From: Desulfosudaceae bacterium
GTDB taxonomy: Bacteria > Desulfobacterota > Desulfobacteria > Desulfobacterales > Desulfosudaceae
NCBI GenBank assembly: GCA_963674745.2
Contig: CAXXDV010000003.1
Span: 1,248,001-1,312,000 of the forward strand
Length of the DNA: 64,000 nt
Direction of reading: 5' to 3'
Part shown: one piece after another, positions 36,943 through 48,044 of the stretch
How positions within the stretch are numbered: the stretch's first letter is position 1
Layout: each line of letters starts with the position of its first letter
Made by a program: the position numbers and the translations under genes
The notes under the pieces: model-generated
Told to the model about the DNA's origin: nothing
Databases searched by the model: none
Seen by the model: only the letters and a program-made list of their open reading frames with translations

Positions 36943-38487
36943 ATGATTATCCGATTTCTGTTCATTCTTGTTTCGGCCGGTCTTTTCGCCCTGTGTTTTC
37001 CTGATGGTCCGCTGCCCCTGGCCGCTTTTGTCTGCCTGGTGCCCTTCGCCCTCTCCCTTGAAGGTGCCACCGCAAAATCCGGTTTGATAATGGGGTTATT
37101 GTACGGGTTTTGTATCTGGATGATCGCGGCCTGGTGGATGGCCAATGGCTTTTATTATTATGTCAGACTTCCCTGGGGTGCGGCCTGGTTCTGGACAGCA
37201 TTAATCTGCCTGATTTCGTCTCTGCCCTACATGATTTTCGGCCTGTTAAGCGGTCTGTGCGGGTGGATGAAGACCCCTTACGGCCGTTTTAAAGCGGCTG
37301 TGGCGTTGACGGTTCTTCTTTCCTGGTACCCGATCGCTTTTCCGGGAAATTACGCCCATTCGCTCTATGCCCATCCCCTGCTCATCCAGTTGGTCGATCT
37401 GGGCGGCATACCGCTTTTGTTGCTGGCCATGAATCTGATTAATTTTTTTATCGCCGGCACTCTTTTAGACCGGGCCACCCCGCGCGGTCCTGTCAAAAAC
37501 ATTCTGATGGCGATGATTACGCTGGCACTGGTGATTATCTACGGAAATTCGCGGTTGAGCCGGTTTCATGCAGACATGGCTGACGCCGACGGGGACCGGC
37601 GGGTGAAGATCGTTTCCGTTCAACCCAACCTTTCGCTCAAGCGGGCAGGGGTGCCTCAGGTCTTCGGTAACGCTGAAAAAGCAAAAGACACGGCGTCTGT
37701 TTTGACGCTATCGGAAGAAGCGATAACCCTTTTCCCGGACGCACAGGCTGTCGTGTGGCCTGAGCTGCCGGACGGCATTTCCTGTAATCCTGATAATGGA
37801 ATCTGGCGAAAGGTTCGTGATCTGGCCTCAAAATCAGGCATCCCGTTTATCGTTAATTGCTATGAATATAACCCGGCTGTTCGAGGTGATTACAATATTG
37901 CCCGGTTAATATCCGGGGCCGGAGAAACAGGCCCCGGATACCGGAAGCGGATTCTTCTGCCTTTTGGCGAGTATCTGCCCGGAGAACGGCATCTGCCCTG
38001 GCTGCGACGGCTTTTCCCACGGTCTCTTTACTATATCCCGGGTGATGATGGCGTTACCCTCCTGCCCCTTGGCGGAAAGCATCAGGCAATTCCCACCCTG
38101 TGCTATGAAGTGCTGTTCCCCGGCCTGGTGCGGGATTTTGTTCTTCAAGGCGGCGATGTGATCATCAACCTGGTCGATGATGTCTGGTTTGGGGAGAGCG
38201 ACGCATCGGCCATCCACATGGCCCTGGCCGTATTTCGGGCGGCGGAATACCGGTTACCGCTGGTCAGGGTGACCAATTCAGGAAATGGCGTGTTTGTCCA
38301 GCCTACAGGAGAAATCGTCGATGGATCGAGAACACCGGTGTTCCAGCCCCGGCTGACCGCTTTTCCTTTGTTCGTGCCCCCGGATCGATCCCTTTACGCG
38401 GCCTGCGGGAATACTTTTCTGATATTTCTAACGGTGTTGTTGGGGGTAGAAGTGGTTTGTTATCGGATCATTTCTTGTCCTTTTTAA
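36943..38487 (+). CDS. Apolipoprotein N-acyltransferase homolog (Lnt/AatD-like)
   Basis: N-terminal TMs; VQPN; nitrilase triad VVWPE, YRKRILLPFGEY, LCYE; DDVWFG; RAAEYRLPLVRVTNSG. Confidence 0.88.
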   Translation: MIIRFLFILVSAGLFALCFPDGPLPLAAFVCLVPFALSLEGATAKSGLIMGLLYGFCIWMIAAWWMANGFYYYVRLPWGAAWFWTALICLISSLPYMIFGLLSGLCGWMKTPYGRFKAAVALTVLLSWYPIAFPGNYAHSLYAHPLLIQLVDLGGIPLLLLAMNLINFFIAGTLLDRATPRGPVKNILMAMITLALVIIYGNSRLSRFHADMADADGDRRVKIVSVQPNLSLKRAGVPQVFGNAEKAKDTASVLTLSEEAITLFPDAQAVVWPELPDGISCNPDNGIWRKVRDLASKSGIPFIVNCYEYNPAVRGDYNIARLISGAGETGPGYRKRILLPFGEYLPGERHLPWLRRLFPRSLYYIPGDDGVTLLPLGGKHQAIPTLCYEVLFPGLVRDFVLQGGDVIINLVDDVWFGESDASAIHMALAVFRAAEYRLPLVRVTNSGNGVFVQPTGEIVDGSRTPVFQPRLTAFPLFVPPDRSLYAACGNTFLIFLTVLLGVEVVCYRIISCPF

Positions 38488-38593
38488 GGTGTTGGTCGTT
38501 TCCCTTTCGGGCATAAAGGTTTACGATTACCCACAAGAAAAATATATTCAATATGGAGCCATAATTTCAGAATCCTTTCCGGGATAATGGAGA

Positions 38594-40201
38594 ATGCTTA
38601 TCTTTTCATCAAGATTCAATAGCTTCTTTTTTTTTATTCTATTATTTATTGCAGTAAGAACTGCGTTCGCTTCACAGCAAATTCAAATCGTTCCTGATTC
38701 TGCTTCGAATAAGATAGAAAACAAGGCAACATTTGAACGCACAGCCCTCAAAACAGAAAAAGGGCTGCTGATGTGGGATTATGAAAAGATTCCCGTTCCT
38801 GACAATAAAGCTATTGATTTGCTGGGCTTTCATTATCTTCACCAGGTGAACAGGTGGCTTTTTCTGGGTTTTGGCGCCCATGCCCCCCTGGTCGATGGAG
38901 ATTATGGCGGCTTTATGGCAGCAGATGCCACAATACATGCGCAACGAAAAATATTCGGGAATTCATTTGTCGATGCCGGCGTCTCCATGGGCGGGGGCGG
39001 CGGTGGCTCCAGTATAAACCAGAGCAGAGAATTATCCGGAAAGGGCGGTTATATAAAAAGTTACGCAGGGTTGGGGTACGATTTTCGCCTTTTCTCATTA
39101 GGCGTAAACTATGCGCACTTTAAATTCATGAATTCCTCTATCAAGCACTCACAATTCAATTTTTTTATCCAAAAACCAATTTCATTTTCGATCAGTCCAT
39201 ATGCGAATTCAGGAAAACAGAACGCATTTGATGTTAGCCTTTCAGGATCCAAAGAAACGATACTGACACTTGAATTTAATAATATATTTCAAATTAAACC
39301 GGAAGGCTCGAATACCAGAACGATTAATACGTTTTCCCTGCAATTTTCACGGTTCCTGAATAACAATCATTATTTTTTTCTTGGAGCGGATGTCGGCTAT
39401 AACGGCCTTCCACTGTATAATCAATTATTCGGTGGTATCGGGTATAAGCATACAATCTCTTCCCGCGTTAATCTACATGGCCAGATCGGTGTCGGCTCCG
39501 GCGGGTATTCGCCGGATATAATCGATACCGGCCCCGGACTGCTTGTTTATCCAAAATGTTCGGTTGAATACTTATTGAATAATCATATTGGATTATCTTT
39601 GTCGGGTGGCTATTTGTTAGCGCCGGAAGGTTCCTCTAGAAATTTTACCCTGGGCGCTGCCATGAATTACCACCTTTCGACAACAGATCGTATCCCTGAT
39701 AAATCCAGCCCAGAGAAGCGTCTGGTATTTCGGGGATTTCGTTTCAATGTGTTCCATCAAACTGAGTTTAATGTCAAATTAGGAGATATGGATCACGACA
39801 ACATCAATTTTTTATCATTTCAACTTGATAATCTTGTGCATGATAACTGGTATATACCCGTTCAGGTCAGTGTCGCGTATAATGATTTTTTCGGGTATCC
39901 CGGGTATGGCGAAATGTTAACCGGATTCGGTTTGCAGAATAAATACGCATCAACAAATCGTTTCCAGTACTTTTGCCAGGTTTTGATTGGCGTTAATGTC
40001 CATAGTGTATTGTTAAAACCTTCGATGGGGATAAATTACAGCTTGAGTGATCATTTTGCGCTCTATGCCCAGGTCGGAAAGACCATATCACTTTATAAAT
40101 TAGACCTGTACAATAATTTTGACCAGTATAACGAACGATTGAATACCAGCTTTATCGGAATCGGGTTGACCTATCGTTTTTCGGTACTGGACATCCTGTA
40201 A
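38594..40201 (+). CDS. Hypothetical exported, probable outer-membrane beta-barrel protein
   Basis: Signal ending TAFA|SQ; Gly/aromatic-rich strands, repeated YGGF/YPGY and GGGGG/GSGG loops, near-terminal LTYRF; AT-rich DNA. Confidence 0.65.
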   Translation: MLIFSSRFNSFFFFILLFIAVRTAFASQQIQIVPDSASNKIENKATFERTALKTEKGLLMWDYEKIPVPDNKAIDLLGFHYLHQVNRWLFLGFGAHAPLVDGDYGGFMAADATIHAQRKIFGNSFVDAGVSMGGGGGGSSINQSRELSGKGGYIKSYAGLGYDFRLFSLGVNYAHFKFMNSSIKHSQFNFFIQKPISFSISPYANSGKQNAFDVSLSGSKETILTLEFNNIFQIKPEGSNTRTINTFSLQFSRFLNNNHYFFLGADVGYNGLPLYNQLFGGIGYKHTISSRVNLHGQIGVGSGGYSPDIIDTGPGLLVYPKCSVEYLLNNHIGLSLSGGYLLAPEGSSRNFTLGAAMNYHLSTTDRIPDKSSPEKRLVFRGFRFNVFHQTEFNVKLGDMDHDNINFLSFQLDNLVHDNWYIPVQVSVAYNDFFGYPGYGEMLTGFGLQNKYASTNRFQYFCQVLIGVNVHSVLLKPSMGINYSLSDHFALYAQVGKTISLYKLDLYNNFDQYNERLNTSFIGIGLTYRFSVLDIL

Positions 40202-40248
40202 GAATAAAAAAGGAGGCGAGAATTATTCTCAACCTCCTGATTTTATTA

Positions 40249-40326
<78 letters not shown>

Positions 40327-40348
40327 GAATTGAAACAGGGTCTTTCTA

Positions 40349-40424
40349 TGGTGGGCGGAACAGGGCTTGAACCTGTGACCCTCGGCTTGTAAGGCCGATG
40401 CTCTCCCAACTGAGCTACCCGCCC
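40349..40424 (-). tRNA. tRNA-Val(TAC)
   Basis: GGGCGGGTAGCTCAGTTGGGAGAGCATCGGCCT-TAC-AAGCCGAGGGTCACAGGTTCAAGCCCTGTTCCGCCCACCA. Confidence 0.97.
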
Positions 40425-40472
40425 CGTTCAAACGCCAATACCATTTGATGACACCCGCGTTTAAAGTCTCTC

Positions 40473-40501
40473 TATCTACCAACCCGGATGGATAATGTCA
40501 A
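40473..40501 (-). promoter_or_regulatory. Probable sigma70 promoter of the tRNA-Val/Asp pair
   Basis: TTGACA-17 bp-TAGATA on the minus strand about 50 bp upstream of tRNA-Val. Confidence 0.5.
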
Positions 40502-40535
40502 GGCAAAAAAAGCATTCCCGATCCATTTTTTTTGC

Positions 40536-42911
40536 CTACTGCTGCATGTCGGAAGAGGGTTTTAAGGCCTGTGACAGGATATCGTCCATATGATCGATCA
40601 GAACAATATCAAGTTGCCTGGCAATGGATCCGGGAATCTCCTCGAGGTCTTTTTCACACTCCCTGGGAATGATGATTTTCTGAATTCCGCTGCGATGGGC
40701 CGCCAGGATTTTATCCCGGATGCCGCCTACGGGAAGCACACGGCCCCGCAGTGTGATCTCACCGGTCATGGCCAGGTTTCTGTCAACCGGTTTCCGGGTC
40801 AGTGCGGAAACCAGGGAGGTACACATGGAAACGCCGGCGGACGGCCCGTCTTTAGGAATGGCGCCTTCGGGAACATGAATGTGAATATCCAGGGTTTCAT
40901 AGAATTTGTTGTCAATGTGCAACTGTTCCGAACGGGATCTGACGTAGCTTAAAGCCGCCTGGGCAGACTCCTGCATGACTTCTCCCAGCTTTCCGGTAAT
41001 GGTCAGCTTGCCCTTTCCAGGCATGATGGCAGTTTCAATGTTGATCAGTTCGCCACCGACTTCGGTCCAGGCCAGGCCTGTGACCAGCCCCACCTGGTCG
41101 TTCTCTTCGATCTGGCCGTGCCGGAACTTGGGCGGACCGAGGTAGCCGTGGATGGACGCGGTGGTCACCCGATATGGCTTTGGGGTGTCACTGGTAGAAA
41201 TATCCCGGGCGATTTTCCGGAAAATGGTGGAAATTTCCCGTTCAAGGCTGCGGACGCCGGCTTCCCGTGTGTATCTTTGAATAATTTCATAAACCGCATT
41301 TTTTGAAAACGTAATATCATACTCGTCGACGCCGTTTGCCTTGAGTTGTTTCGGAATCAGGAAGGTGGTGGCGATGTTGTATTTTTCATACTCCGTGTAA
41401 CCCGGCAGCCGGATAATTTCCATCCTGTCCTGAAGGGGCAGGGGGATACTCTGCAAGGTGTTGGCGGTAGTAATAAAAAGAATCTGCGAAAGATCGTAGT
41501 CCACATCCAGGTAATGGTCATTAAAGGCATAATTCTGTTCGGGGTCGAGCACTTCCAGCAGGGCTGCCGACGGATCACCACGGAAATCCATGCTCATTTT
41601 ATCGACTTCATCAAGGCAGAAAACAGGATTGTTGACATTCGACTTTTTAAGGGCCTGAATGATTTTTCCCGGCATGGAACCGATATACGTTCTGCGGTGC
41701 CCGCGGATTTCAGCCTCGTCTCTGACACCACCCAGCGAAATGCGGATGAATTTTCTGCCCGTAGCCCGGGCTACGGATTTTGCCAGAGAGGTCTTGCCGA
41801 CACCCGGCGGTCCGACCAGGCAGAGGATAGGGCCTTTAAGTTTTTTAACAAGTGACTGTACGGCCAGATATTCCAGGATGCGTTCTTTAGGCTTCTTCAG
41901 GCCATAATGATCTTCGTCCAGGATGGATTCGGCCAGGTTGATATCGTTTCTGACTTTACTGACGTTTTTCCAGGGCAGGCTGATCAGCCAGTCGATGTAA
42001 TTCCTGATAACCGTTGCTTCAGCCGACATGGGGGTCGTGTTTTTGAGCTTTTTTAACTCTTCTTTGACCTTTTTTTTGCCCTCGGCAGACATCTTTTTGC
42101 GTTTGATCTGTTTTTCCAGCTGGGCCAGGTCATCACCGGAACCGTCTTCGCTTTCCATCTCTTTTTTGATGGCCCGCATCTGCTCATTGAGGTAATAATT
42201 TTTCTGGCTTTTCTCCATCTGATCTTTAACGCGTTTTTTAATCCGCCGTTCAACCTCGGTAATTTCTACTTCCGAATTGATTATTCCGGCCAGTTCGGGC
42301 AGGCGTTTGCGCAGATTTACCGTCTCCAGCAGCTTCTGTTTGAGTTCTATTTTCAACGGCATGTGGGCGGTAATGGTATCCGCCAGGCGGGAAGGTTCCG
42401 TAATCGAATTGATATGGGTAATGATTTCCTGGGAAATAATTTTTTTATTGCTTAGCGTATAGGCGCCAAAGCTCTCCAGCACCGTACGGACGAGCGCTTC
42501 GGCTTCTGTGCGCGGGAGCCTGTCGTCAACTATTTCCTCGGTGTTTACGAAAAAGAAATCGTTACCGGGAAGGAATTCATCTATCTTTCCGCGAGCGTCT
42601 CCTTCTACCAGCGCTTTTACTGTACCGTCGGAAAGGCGCAGCATCTGGAGCACCCGACCGATGGTACCGTATATCCTGATATCCTTTTCTACCGGATTAT
42701 CGATATCCGGCCGGGTCTGGGTCGCCAGAAAAATTTCCTTGTCACCTTCCATGGCGGCGGACAGGGCATTGATCGATTTTTTCCGGCCGATAAAAAGGGG
42801 CACCTGCATGTGTGGGAAGACGACGATGTCTCTTAACGGCAAAAGCGGCAAAGAGCGGATAGTCGGCTGCATGATTTCGTTTTGTTTAAATATATTGGGT
42901 ATATGTATCAT
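40536..42911 (-). CDS. lon: Lon protease (endopeptidase La)
   Basis: [45 protein letters not shown]; start could be 42911 or 42872. Confidence 0.96.
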   Translation of the reverse strand: MIHIPNIFKQNEIMQPTIRSLPLLPLRDIVVFPHMQVPLFIGRKKSINALSAAMEGDKEIFLATQTRPDIDNPVEKDIRIYGTIGRVLQMLRLSDGTVKALVEGDARGKIDEFLPGNDFFFVNTEEIVDDRLPRTEAEALVRTVLESFGAYTLSNKKIISQEIITHINSITEPSRLADTITAHMPLKIELKQKLLETVNLRKRLPELAGIINSEVEITEVERRIKKRVKDQMEKSQKNYYLNEQMRAIKKEMESEDGSGDDLAQLEKQIKRKKMSAEGKKKVKEELKKLKNTTPMSAEATVIRNYIDWLISLPWKNVSKVRNDINLAESILDEDHYGLKKPKERILEYLAVQSLVKKLKGPILCLVGPPGVGKTSLAKSVARATGRKFIRISLGGVRDEAEIRGHRRTYIGSMPGKIIQALKKSNVNNPVFCLDEVDKMSMDFRGDPSAALLEVLDPEQNYAFNDHYLDVDYDLSQILFITTANTLQSIPLPLQDRMEIIRLPGYTEYEKYNIATTFLIPKQLKANGVDEYDITFSKNAVYEIIQRYTREAGVRSLEREISTIFRKIARDISTSDTPKPYRVTTASIHGYLGPPKFRHGQIEENDQVGLVTGLAWTEVGGELINIETAIMPGKGKLTITGKLGEVMQESAQAALSYVRSRSEQLHIDNKFYETLDIHIHVPEGAIPKDGPSAGVSMCTSLVSALTRKPVDRNLAMTGEITLRGRVLPVGGIRDKILAAHRSGIQKIIIPRECEKDLEEIPGSIARQLDIVLIDHMDDILSQALKPSSDMQQ

Positions 42912-42984
42912 GGTGACTGAAAAAAATAGTTCCTGCCGGATAAACACAGGTTTTTGGCGTTAATGAATGGCCGTCAGCACGAAT

Positions 42985-44238
42985 TTAAGCCTGCTTCTGT
43001 TTATCTTCCTGTTCCAGCAACAGAATCGGTTCTTCCGTGTTTTTTATTACCTCTTCATTGATGACGCACTCTTTAATACCTTCCTGGGAAGGAAGATCAT
43101 ACATGATGTTCAGCATGCATCGTTCGATAATCGAGCGCAGTCCACGGGCACCGGATTTACGTTGCATGGCTTTTTCCGCAATGGCAGACAGGGCGCTGTC
43201 GGTAAATCGCAGATTGACGCCTTCAATTTCGAACAGTTTTTGAAATTGTTTAACCAGGGCATTCTTGGGCTCGGTCAGAATTTTAATCAAAGAGGGCTGG
43301 CTCAGTTCGTCAAGCGTACTGATAATCGGTAATCGACCCAGAAACTCGGGTATCAGGCCGAAGTGAATCAGATCTTCAGACTCTACCTGATTAAGAATTT
43401 CCCCCAGGTTTCTTTCTGCTTTGGGCAGCACCTTGCTGCCGAAACCAATGGTCCGTTCCCTGAGACGTCGTTCAATGATTTTATCCAGACCCGTAAACGT
43501 ACCGCCACAGATAAACAGGATGTTGGTGGTGTCCACTTTTACAAAATCCTGCTGTGGGTGCTTGCGGCCGCCTTTGGGCGGAACACTGGCGGTGGTACCC
43601 TCCAGTATTTTCAACAGCGCCTGTTGAACGCCTTCGCCGGAGACATCCCGGGTGATGGACGGGTTGTCCGAACGCTGTGCTATTTTGTCTATTTCATCCA
43701 CGTAGACAATGCCGCGCTCGGCTTTTTCCACATCATAATCCGCGTTCTGAAGCAGGTTCAGGATGATGTTTTCTACGTCTTCGCCCACGTAACCGGCTTC
43801 CGTCAGGGCGGTGGCATCGGCTATGGTAAAAGGCACATTGAGGAACCTGGCCATTGTCTGGGCCAGAAGGGTTTTACCGCAACCGGTCGGTCCGATAAGC
43901 AGGATATTGCTTTTCTGGATCTCAACGTCATCGGTCGTGATGGCTGAGTCAAGCCTCTTGTAGTGGTTGTAAACAGCCACGGAAAGCACTTTTTTGGCAT
44001 GATCCTGCTCGATCACATAATCATCGAGCAACGTCTTGATCTCTTTGGGTGCCAGCAGTTTTTGCGGACCGGTGGCGGTCTCTTTTTCATATTCTTCAGC
44101 AATAATCTCGCCACAAAGATTAATGCATTCGTCACAGATATAAACGGACGGTCCGGCGATCAGCTTTCTGACTTCTTTCTGGGTTTTCCCGCAAAATGAG
44201 CAGACAAGTTTATCATTACCTTCATCATGTCGATTCAT
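42985..44238 (-). CDS. clpX: ATP-dependent Clp protease ATP-binding subunit
   Basis: CSFCGK...CDECINLC zinc finger, [38 protein letters not shown]. Confidence 0.98.
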   Translation of the reverse strand: MNRHDEGNDKLVCSFCGKTQKEVRKLIAGPSVYICDECINLCGEIIAEEYEKETATGPQKLLAPKEIKTLLDDYVIEQDHAKKVLSVAVYNHYKRLDSAITTDDVEIQKSNILLIGPTGCGKTLLAQTMARFLNVPFTIADATALTEAGYVGEDVENIILNLLQNADYDVEKAERGIVYVDEIDKIAQRSDNPSITRDVSGEGVQQALLKILEGTTASVPPKGGRKHPQQDFVKVDTTNILFICGGTFTGLDKIIERRLRERTIGFGSKVLPKAERNLGEILNQVESEDLIHFGLIPEFLGRLPIISTLDELSQPSLIKILTEPKNALVKQFQKLFEIEGVNLRFTDSALSAIAEKAMQRKSGARGLRSIIERCMLNIMYDLPSQEGIKECVINEEVIKNTEEPILLLEQEDKQKQA

Positions 44239-44240
44239 TT

Positions 44241-44867
44241 TTATTTTTTCTCCTTCTGATCGGGGTTATCCAGCTTCTCAAGATCGCTGCGATCGGTGAT
44301 GACATGATCAATGATGCCGTAATCTTTGGCTTCCATGCCGGACATGAAAAAATCCCGATCCGTGTCTACCTGGATTTTTTCCAGGTCCTGACCGGTGTGG
44401 TGGGCCAGAATATGATTCAGCGTGTCTTTCATTTTCAGGATTTCTTTTGCTTGAATGGCAATATCCGAAGCCTGTCCCTGAACGCCACCCATGGGCTGGT
44501 GGATCATTATTCTGGCGTTGGGTAACGAGAACCGTTTGCCTTTATTACCGGCGGCCAGGAGGAAAGCCCCCATGCTGGCGGCTTGCCCGATACAGACCGT
44601 GGCGATGTCGGGTTTGATGTACTGCATGGTATCATAAATGGCCAGACCGGCGGAGACCTTTCCACCGGGTGAATTGATATAAAAATTAATATCCTTGTCC
44701 GGGTCTTCAGATTCGAGAAAAAGCAACTGGGCAATCAGCAGATTGGCTGTTTCATCATCAATCGCACTGCCGATAAAGATAATCCTATCTTTGAGCAGCC
44801 GCGAATAAATATCAAAAGCACGTTCTCCTCTGCTGCTCTGCTCGATGACCATGGGAATTAAAGGCAC
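44241..44867 (-). CDS. clpP: ATP-dependent Clp protease proteolytic subunit
   Basis: [41 protein letters not shown]. Confidence 0.98.
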   Translation of the reverse strand: MPLIPMVIEQSSRGERAFDIYSRLLKDRIIFIGSAIDDETANLLIAQLLFLESEDPDKDINFYINSPGGKVSAGLAIYDTMQYIKPDIATVCIGQAASMGAFLLAAGNKGKRFSLPNARIMIHQPMGGVQGQASDIAIQAKEILKMKDTLNHILAHHTGQDLEKIQVDTDRDFFMSGMEAKDYGIIDHVITDRSDLEKLDNPDQKEKK

Positions 44868-44907
44868 TGGTTAAACCTCCATTTTAAATATATTTATTAT
44901 ACTATTT

Positions 44908-46230
44908 TTAGTCGGTTTTGTCATCTTCGGATTTTTCCGGAATAACTTCTTCGATATTGCCGTTATCCATCATCAGGGTCATGGCCTTTTTTTCCAGAAG
45001 AGAGTATTTGAGCATGTCCTGGTACTGGGGATTGGTCTGATAATACTGTTTTACCATATCCGCCGGTTGCTTCAATGTTTCGGCGACCCCCTCAAAACCC
45101 GCTTCCATTTCTTCATCGTTGATATCCAGTTTTTCCTGTTCAATGATTTTATTTAACAGGATATGCCGTTTGGCCTGTTTCTCCGCTGTATCACGATATT
45201 TTACGTTCAAAGATTCGCGGGTTTGCCCCGTACTTTCAAGAGACATGTTATAGGCCTGATAGGTCCTTTCAATTTCCTCCATGATGTTGTCCAGCTCAAA
45301 TTTAATCATGGTTTCCGGGGCTTCAAAGGGATATTTTGAAAGAAGTGCCTCAAACACCTGTTCGTGCAGTTCCTGCTCACTACGTTTATCATAACCCGAT
45401 TGAAGATGTGCCGTAATCGCTTCTTTGAGTTCGTCCAGAGATTGATAAGGCCCGGCGGATTTAGCCAGTTCGTCATCCAGGGCGGGCAGGATTTCCTCTT
45501 TTAAAGAGGTGAGGGTAACATTAAAGTGAATGGTTTTGCCGGCTAACCCTGAGTCCGCGTAATCATCGGGAAAATCGACATCAAATTCTTTTGTGTCCCC
45601 GACGGACATGCCGACCATCTGGTCGTCAAAACTTTTTGATATGCTTCCCGCGCCGATTTTCAACCGGTAGTCTTCACGTTCAGGGAACCCGTCGAACGGT
45701 TCGCCGTCCAGGGACCCTGAAAAGTTGATAAATGCGATATCGTCAACAGCGGCCGGCCTTGGGGTTGCCGGGTCTTCCTGGCTGGCCATGTTATTGCGCA
45801 GCATGGTCAACTGGCCGTCAATTTCTCCATCGCTGCATTTATACATATTCTTCTTAAGATTCAGTCCCTTAAAGTCAATATCCGGAAGTTCTGGTTTAAC
45901 TTCCACGATGGCGTCATATGTGAAAGGCTGCTCTTCTGCGAGTTCCGAAGAATTGATCACCGGTTCTCCAACCACGTTCAGTTGTTTTTCCATGACGGCA
46001 TCCGGCAGTGAGGTCTGAATTAACTGGTAAGCAACATCAGCATGTACTTTGTCCTTAAACATGCGTTTTAAAACCGACAAGGGGGCTTTTCCCGGGCGAA
46101 ACCCTTTTACCTTGGCTGTTTTCTTTAATTGCTGGTAGGTGTCACCAAGTTCCTTGTTGACCTTTTCGACAGGGATTTCAATGTGAAGTGTTTTTTTGAT
46201 GCTGCTTTCATCTTTAACGGTTATCTGCAT
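44908..46230 (-). CDS. tig: Trigger factor
   Basis: VKGFRPGKAP ribosome-binding motif, FKBP domain (FPDDYA..LAGK); upstream of clpP-clpX-lon. Confidence 0.96.
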   Translation of the reverse strand: MQITVKDESSIKKTLHIEIPVEKVNKELGDTYQQLKKTAKVKGFRPGKAPLSVLKRMFKDKVHADVAYQLIQTSLPDAVMEKQLNVVGEPVINSSELAEEQPFTYDAIVEVKPELPDIDFKGLNLKKNMYKCSDGEIDGQLTMLRNNMASQEDPATPRPAAVDDIAFINFSGSLDGEPFDGFPEREDYRLKIGAGSISKSFDDQMVGMSVGDTKEFDVDFPDDYADSGLAGKTIHFNVTLTSLKEEILPALDDELAKSAGPYQSLDELKEAITAHLQSGYDKRSEQELHEQVFEALLSKYPFEAPETMIKFELDNIMEEIERTYQAYNMSLESTGQTRESLNVKYRDTAEKQAKRHILLNKIIEQEKLDINDEEMEAGFEGVAETLKQPADMVKQYYQTNPQYQDMLKYSLLEKKAMTLMMDNGNIEEVIPEKSEDDKTD

Positions 46231-46302
46231 TCTCTGATACTTTCTCCTTGGGTTCTAAAATTCTGTTAAAATTACCGGTCAGTTCATAGTGAACGACAAA
46301 AG

Positions 46303-46389
46303 TGGTGCGAGAGGGGAGACTTGAACTCCCACTCTGTCTCCAGAGCTGGATCCTAAGTCCAGTGCGTCTACCAATTCCGCCACTCTCGC
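46303..46389 (-). tRNA. tRNA-Leu(TAG)
   Basis: GCGAGAGTGGCGGAATTGGTAGACGCACTGGACT-TAG-GATCCAG, long variable arm, GTTCAAGTCTCCCCTCTCGCACCA. Confidence 0.96.
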
Positions 46390-46590
46390 CTGAGACAGCA
46401 TTCGTCCGTGAGTGCTTTTTTGCCCGGATTTACGATTTTATTCAAATCGAAAAAAGGTTAATGCAATCATTGCATCTGTCTGGTATTATCATCATTTAGA
46501 CTGATAAAGTAAGGCCTGATTGCGCTAAAGTCAACACGTAAATCTGTCCGGCGAAAGCGGGCGTAAAAATAATAGATTAACATTCAGAAG

Positions 46591-47307
46591 GTGACCTGGC
46601 AATTGAACAGACGATGGCTCATTTTTATAACAGTTGCCGTGCAAATATTTGTCGTCCGGGTGAGTTTTGCGTCCGGCCTTCGAACCATTGTCATTGATCC
46701 GGGACATGGCGGATATGACAGTGGTGCCAAAGGCCCTGAAGGGACCACTGAAAAAGATGTTACCCTGGCCCTGGCGCGCCTGATCGCATCTCAAATGGAG
46801 GGCAGGTACCGGGTGTTGCTGACCCGGACCGGTGATTATCAGATAAAAACGGCGGACAGGGTCGCCAAGGCCAATCATGACCATGCCGATTTGTTTCTCA
46901 GCATACATGTCGGTGGTGGATTTTCTATTAAAAACAATACAATAACGGTTTACTGGCCTGGCGGTGAGTCTGGTTCGGATCAAAAGCCCAAAGCCTATAC
47001 CATAACGGATTTTTCTGGTGAATATCCGGCCGTCGTCTGGGGTGAAGCCCAACAAGATCATCATCGCTTAAGCAAGGCTTTTGCGGAAATACTGGGGCAG
47101 GAATGCCGGAACGTATTCGGTAAATGCAGCCGGGTTAAAAGCGGTCAAATAAATGTGCTTGAAGGGGCGGACATGCCGGCTGCAATGATCGAAATCGGAT
47201 GCATGGTTAATCCGTCCTGGGAAAAGCAGTTCAGAGACCCTGATCGAATGGTGATCATGTCCGATATGATCACCAGCGCCATTGAACGGTTTTTCCGGTC
47301 CGAGTGA
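46591..47307 (+). CDS. N-acetylmuramoyl-L-alanine amidase (Amidase_3)
   Basis: IVIDPGHGG, EKDVTL, LLTRTGD, FLSIH, MIEIG. Confidence 0.88.
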   Translation: MTWQLNRRWLIFITVAVQIFVVRVSFASGLRTIVIDPGHGGYDSGAKGPEGTTEKDVTLALARLIASQMEGRYRVLLTRTGDYQIKTADRVAKANHDHADLFLSIHVGGGFSIKNNTITVYWPGGESGSDQKPKAYTITDFSGEYPAVVWGEAQQDHHRLSKAFAEILGQECRNVFGKCSRVKSGQINVLEGADMPAAMIEIGCMVNPSWEKQFRDPDRMVIMSDMITSAIERFFRSE

Positions 47308-47376
47308 AATCTTCAGGCTTGCATTTCAATCCCCCGTGTGTTAGAGACATTTTGCTGTATAATTACCCCACTTTCT

Positions 47377-47453
<77 letters not shown>

Positions 47454-47467
47454 AAAAACAAAATAAA

Positions 47468-47505
47468 TAAAGCAGGTTGTGAAATACACAATCTGCTTTT
47501 TTTTT
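47468..47505 (+). terminator. Intrinsic terminator after tRNA-Pro
   Basis: aaagcaggttgtg-aaata-cacaatctgcttt followed by a T-run. Confidence 0.8.
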
Positions 47506-48044
47506 GTACCAAAATGTCATTTTTGCTTTTTGTGACCCCTATGTGACCCCCACTTAATTCCTTTTCAAAAGAATACTTTTTATAATTACTTGATATTATT
47601 GATGGTATATATTTCTGGAAAACAAGGAACAAGAAAACAAATAGTTATAAATAAGTTATGATTCTAGACGGTTATAGGTCTCCTCGTTGTACGGCTGCCT
47701 GCTGCTTGAGCAGGGGTGCGCACGGAAATGTGCGCTGATTAAGAATAAATAAGAAAGGAATAGGAAGTCACTTTAATAGCCGTATAATAATGCCGGTGGC
47801 GCATTAACATTTTCTGAGTATTTTTCTCAGCCCCCACAGAGGCGCTTTTTTCTGGATTGTCGCAGACCGGATAATGGACTTGGAGGGATATTAAGAGCAT
47901 GAAGGGGAAATTGTGCATATATGATATAAAATCACTGCCGTCCTTTATGATGAATTTATTATCATTGAGAACTTTCCACATTGCGAAATTGATTTTGACA
48001 AACGCTTTTCAAAACTTAGCGCTTGTTACGATTATTTATTCAAC

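Noticed and set aside
46302..46499. 65-aa ORF
   Set aside because: Reverse strand of tRNA-Leu
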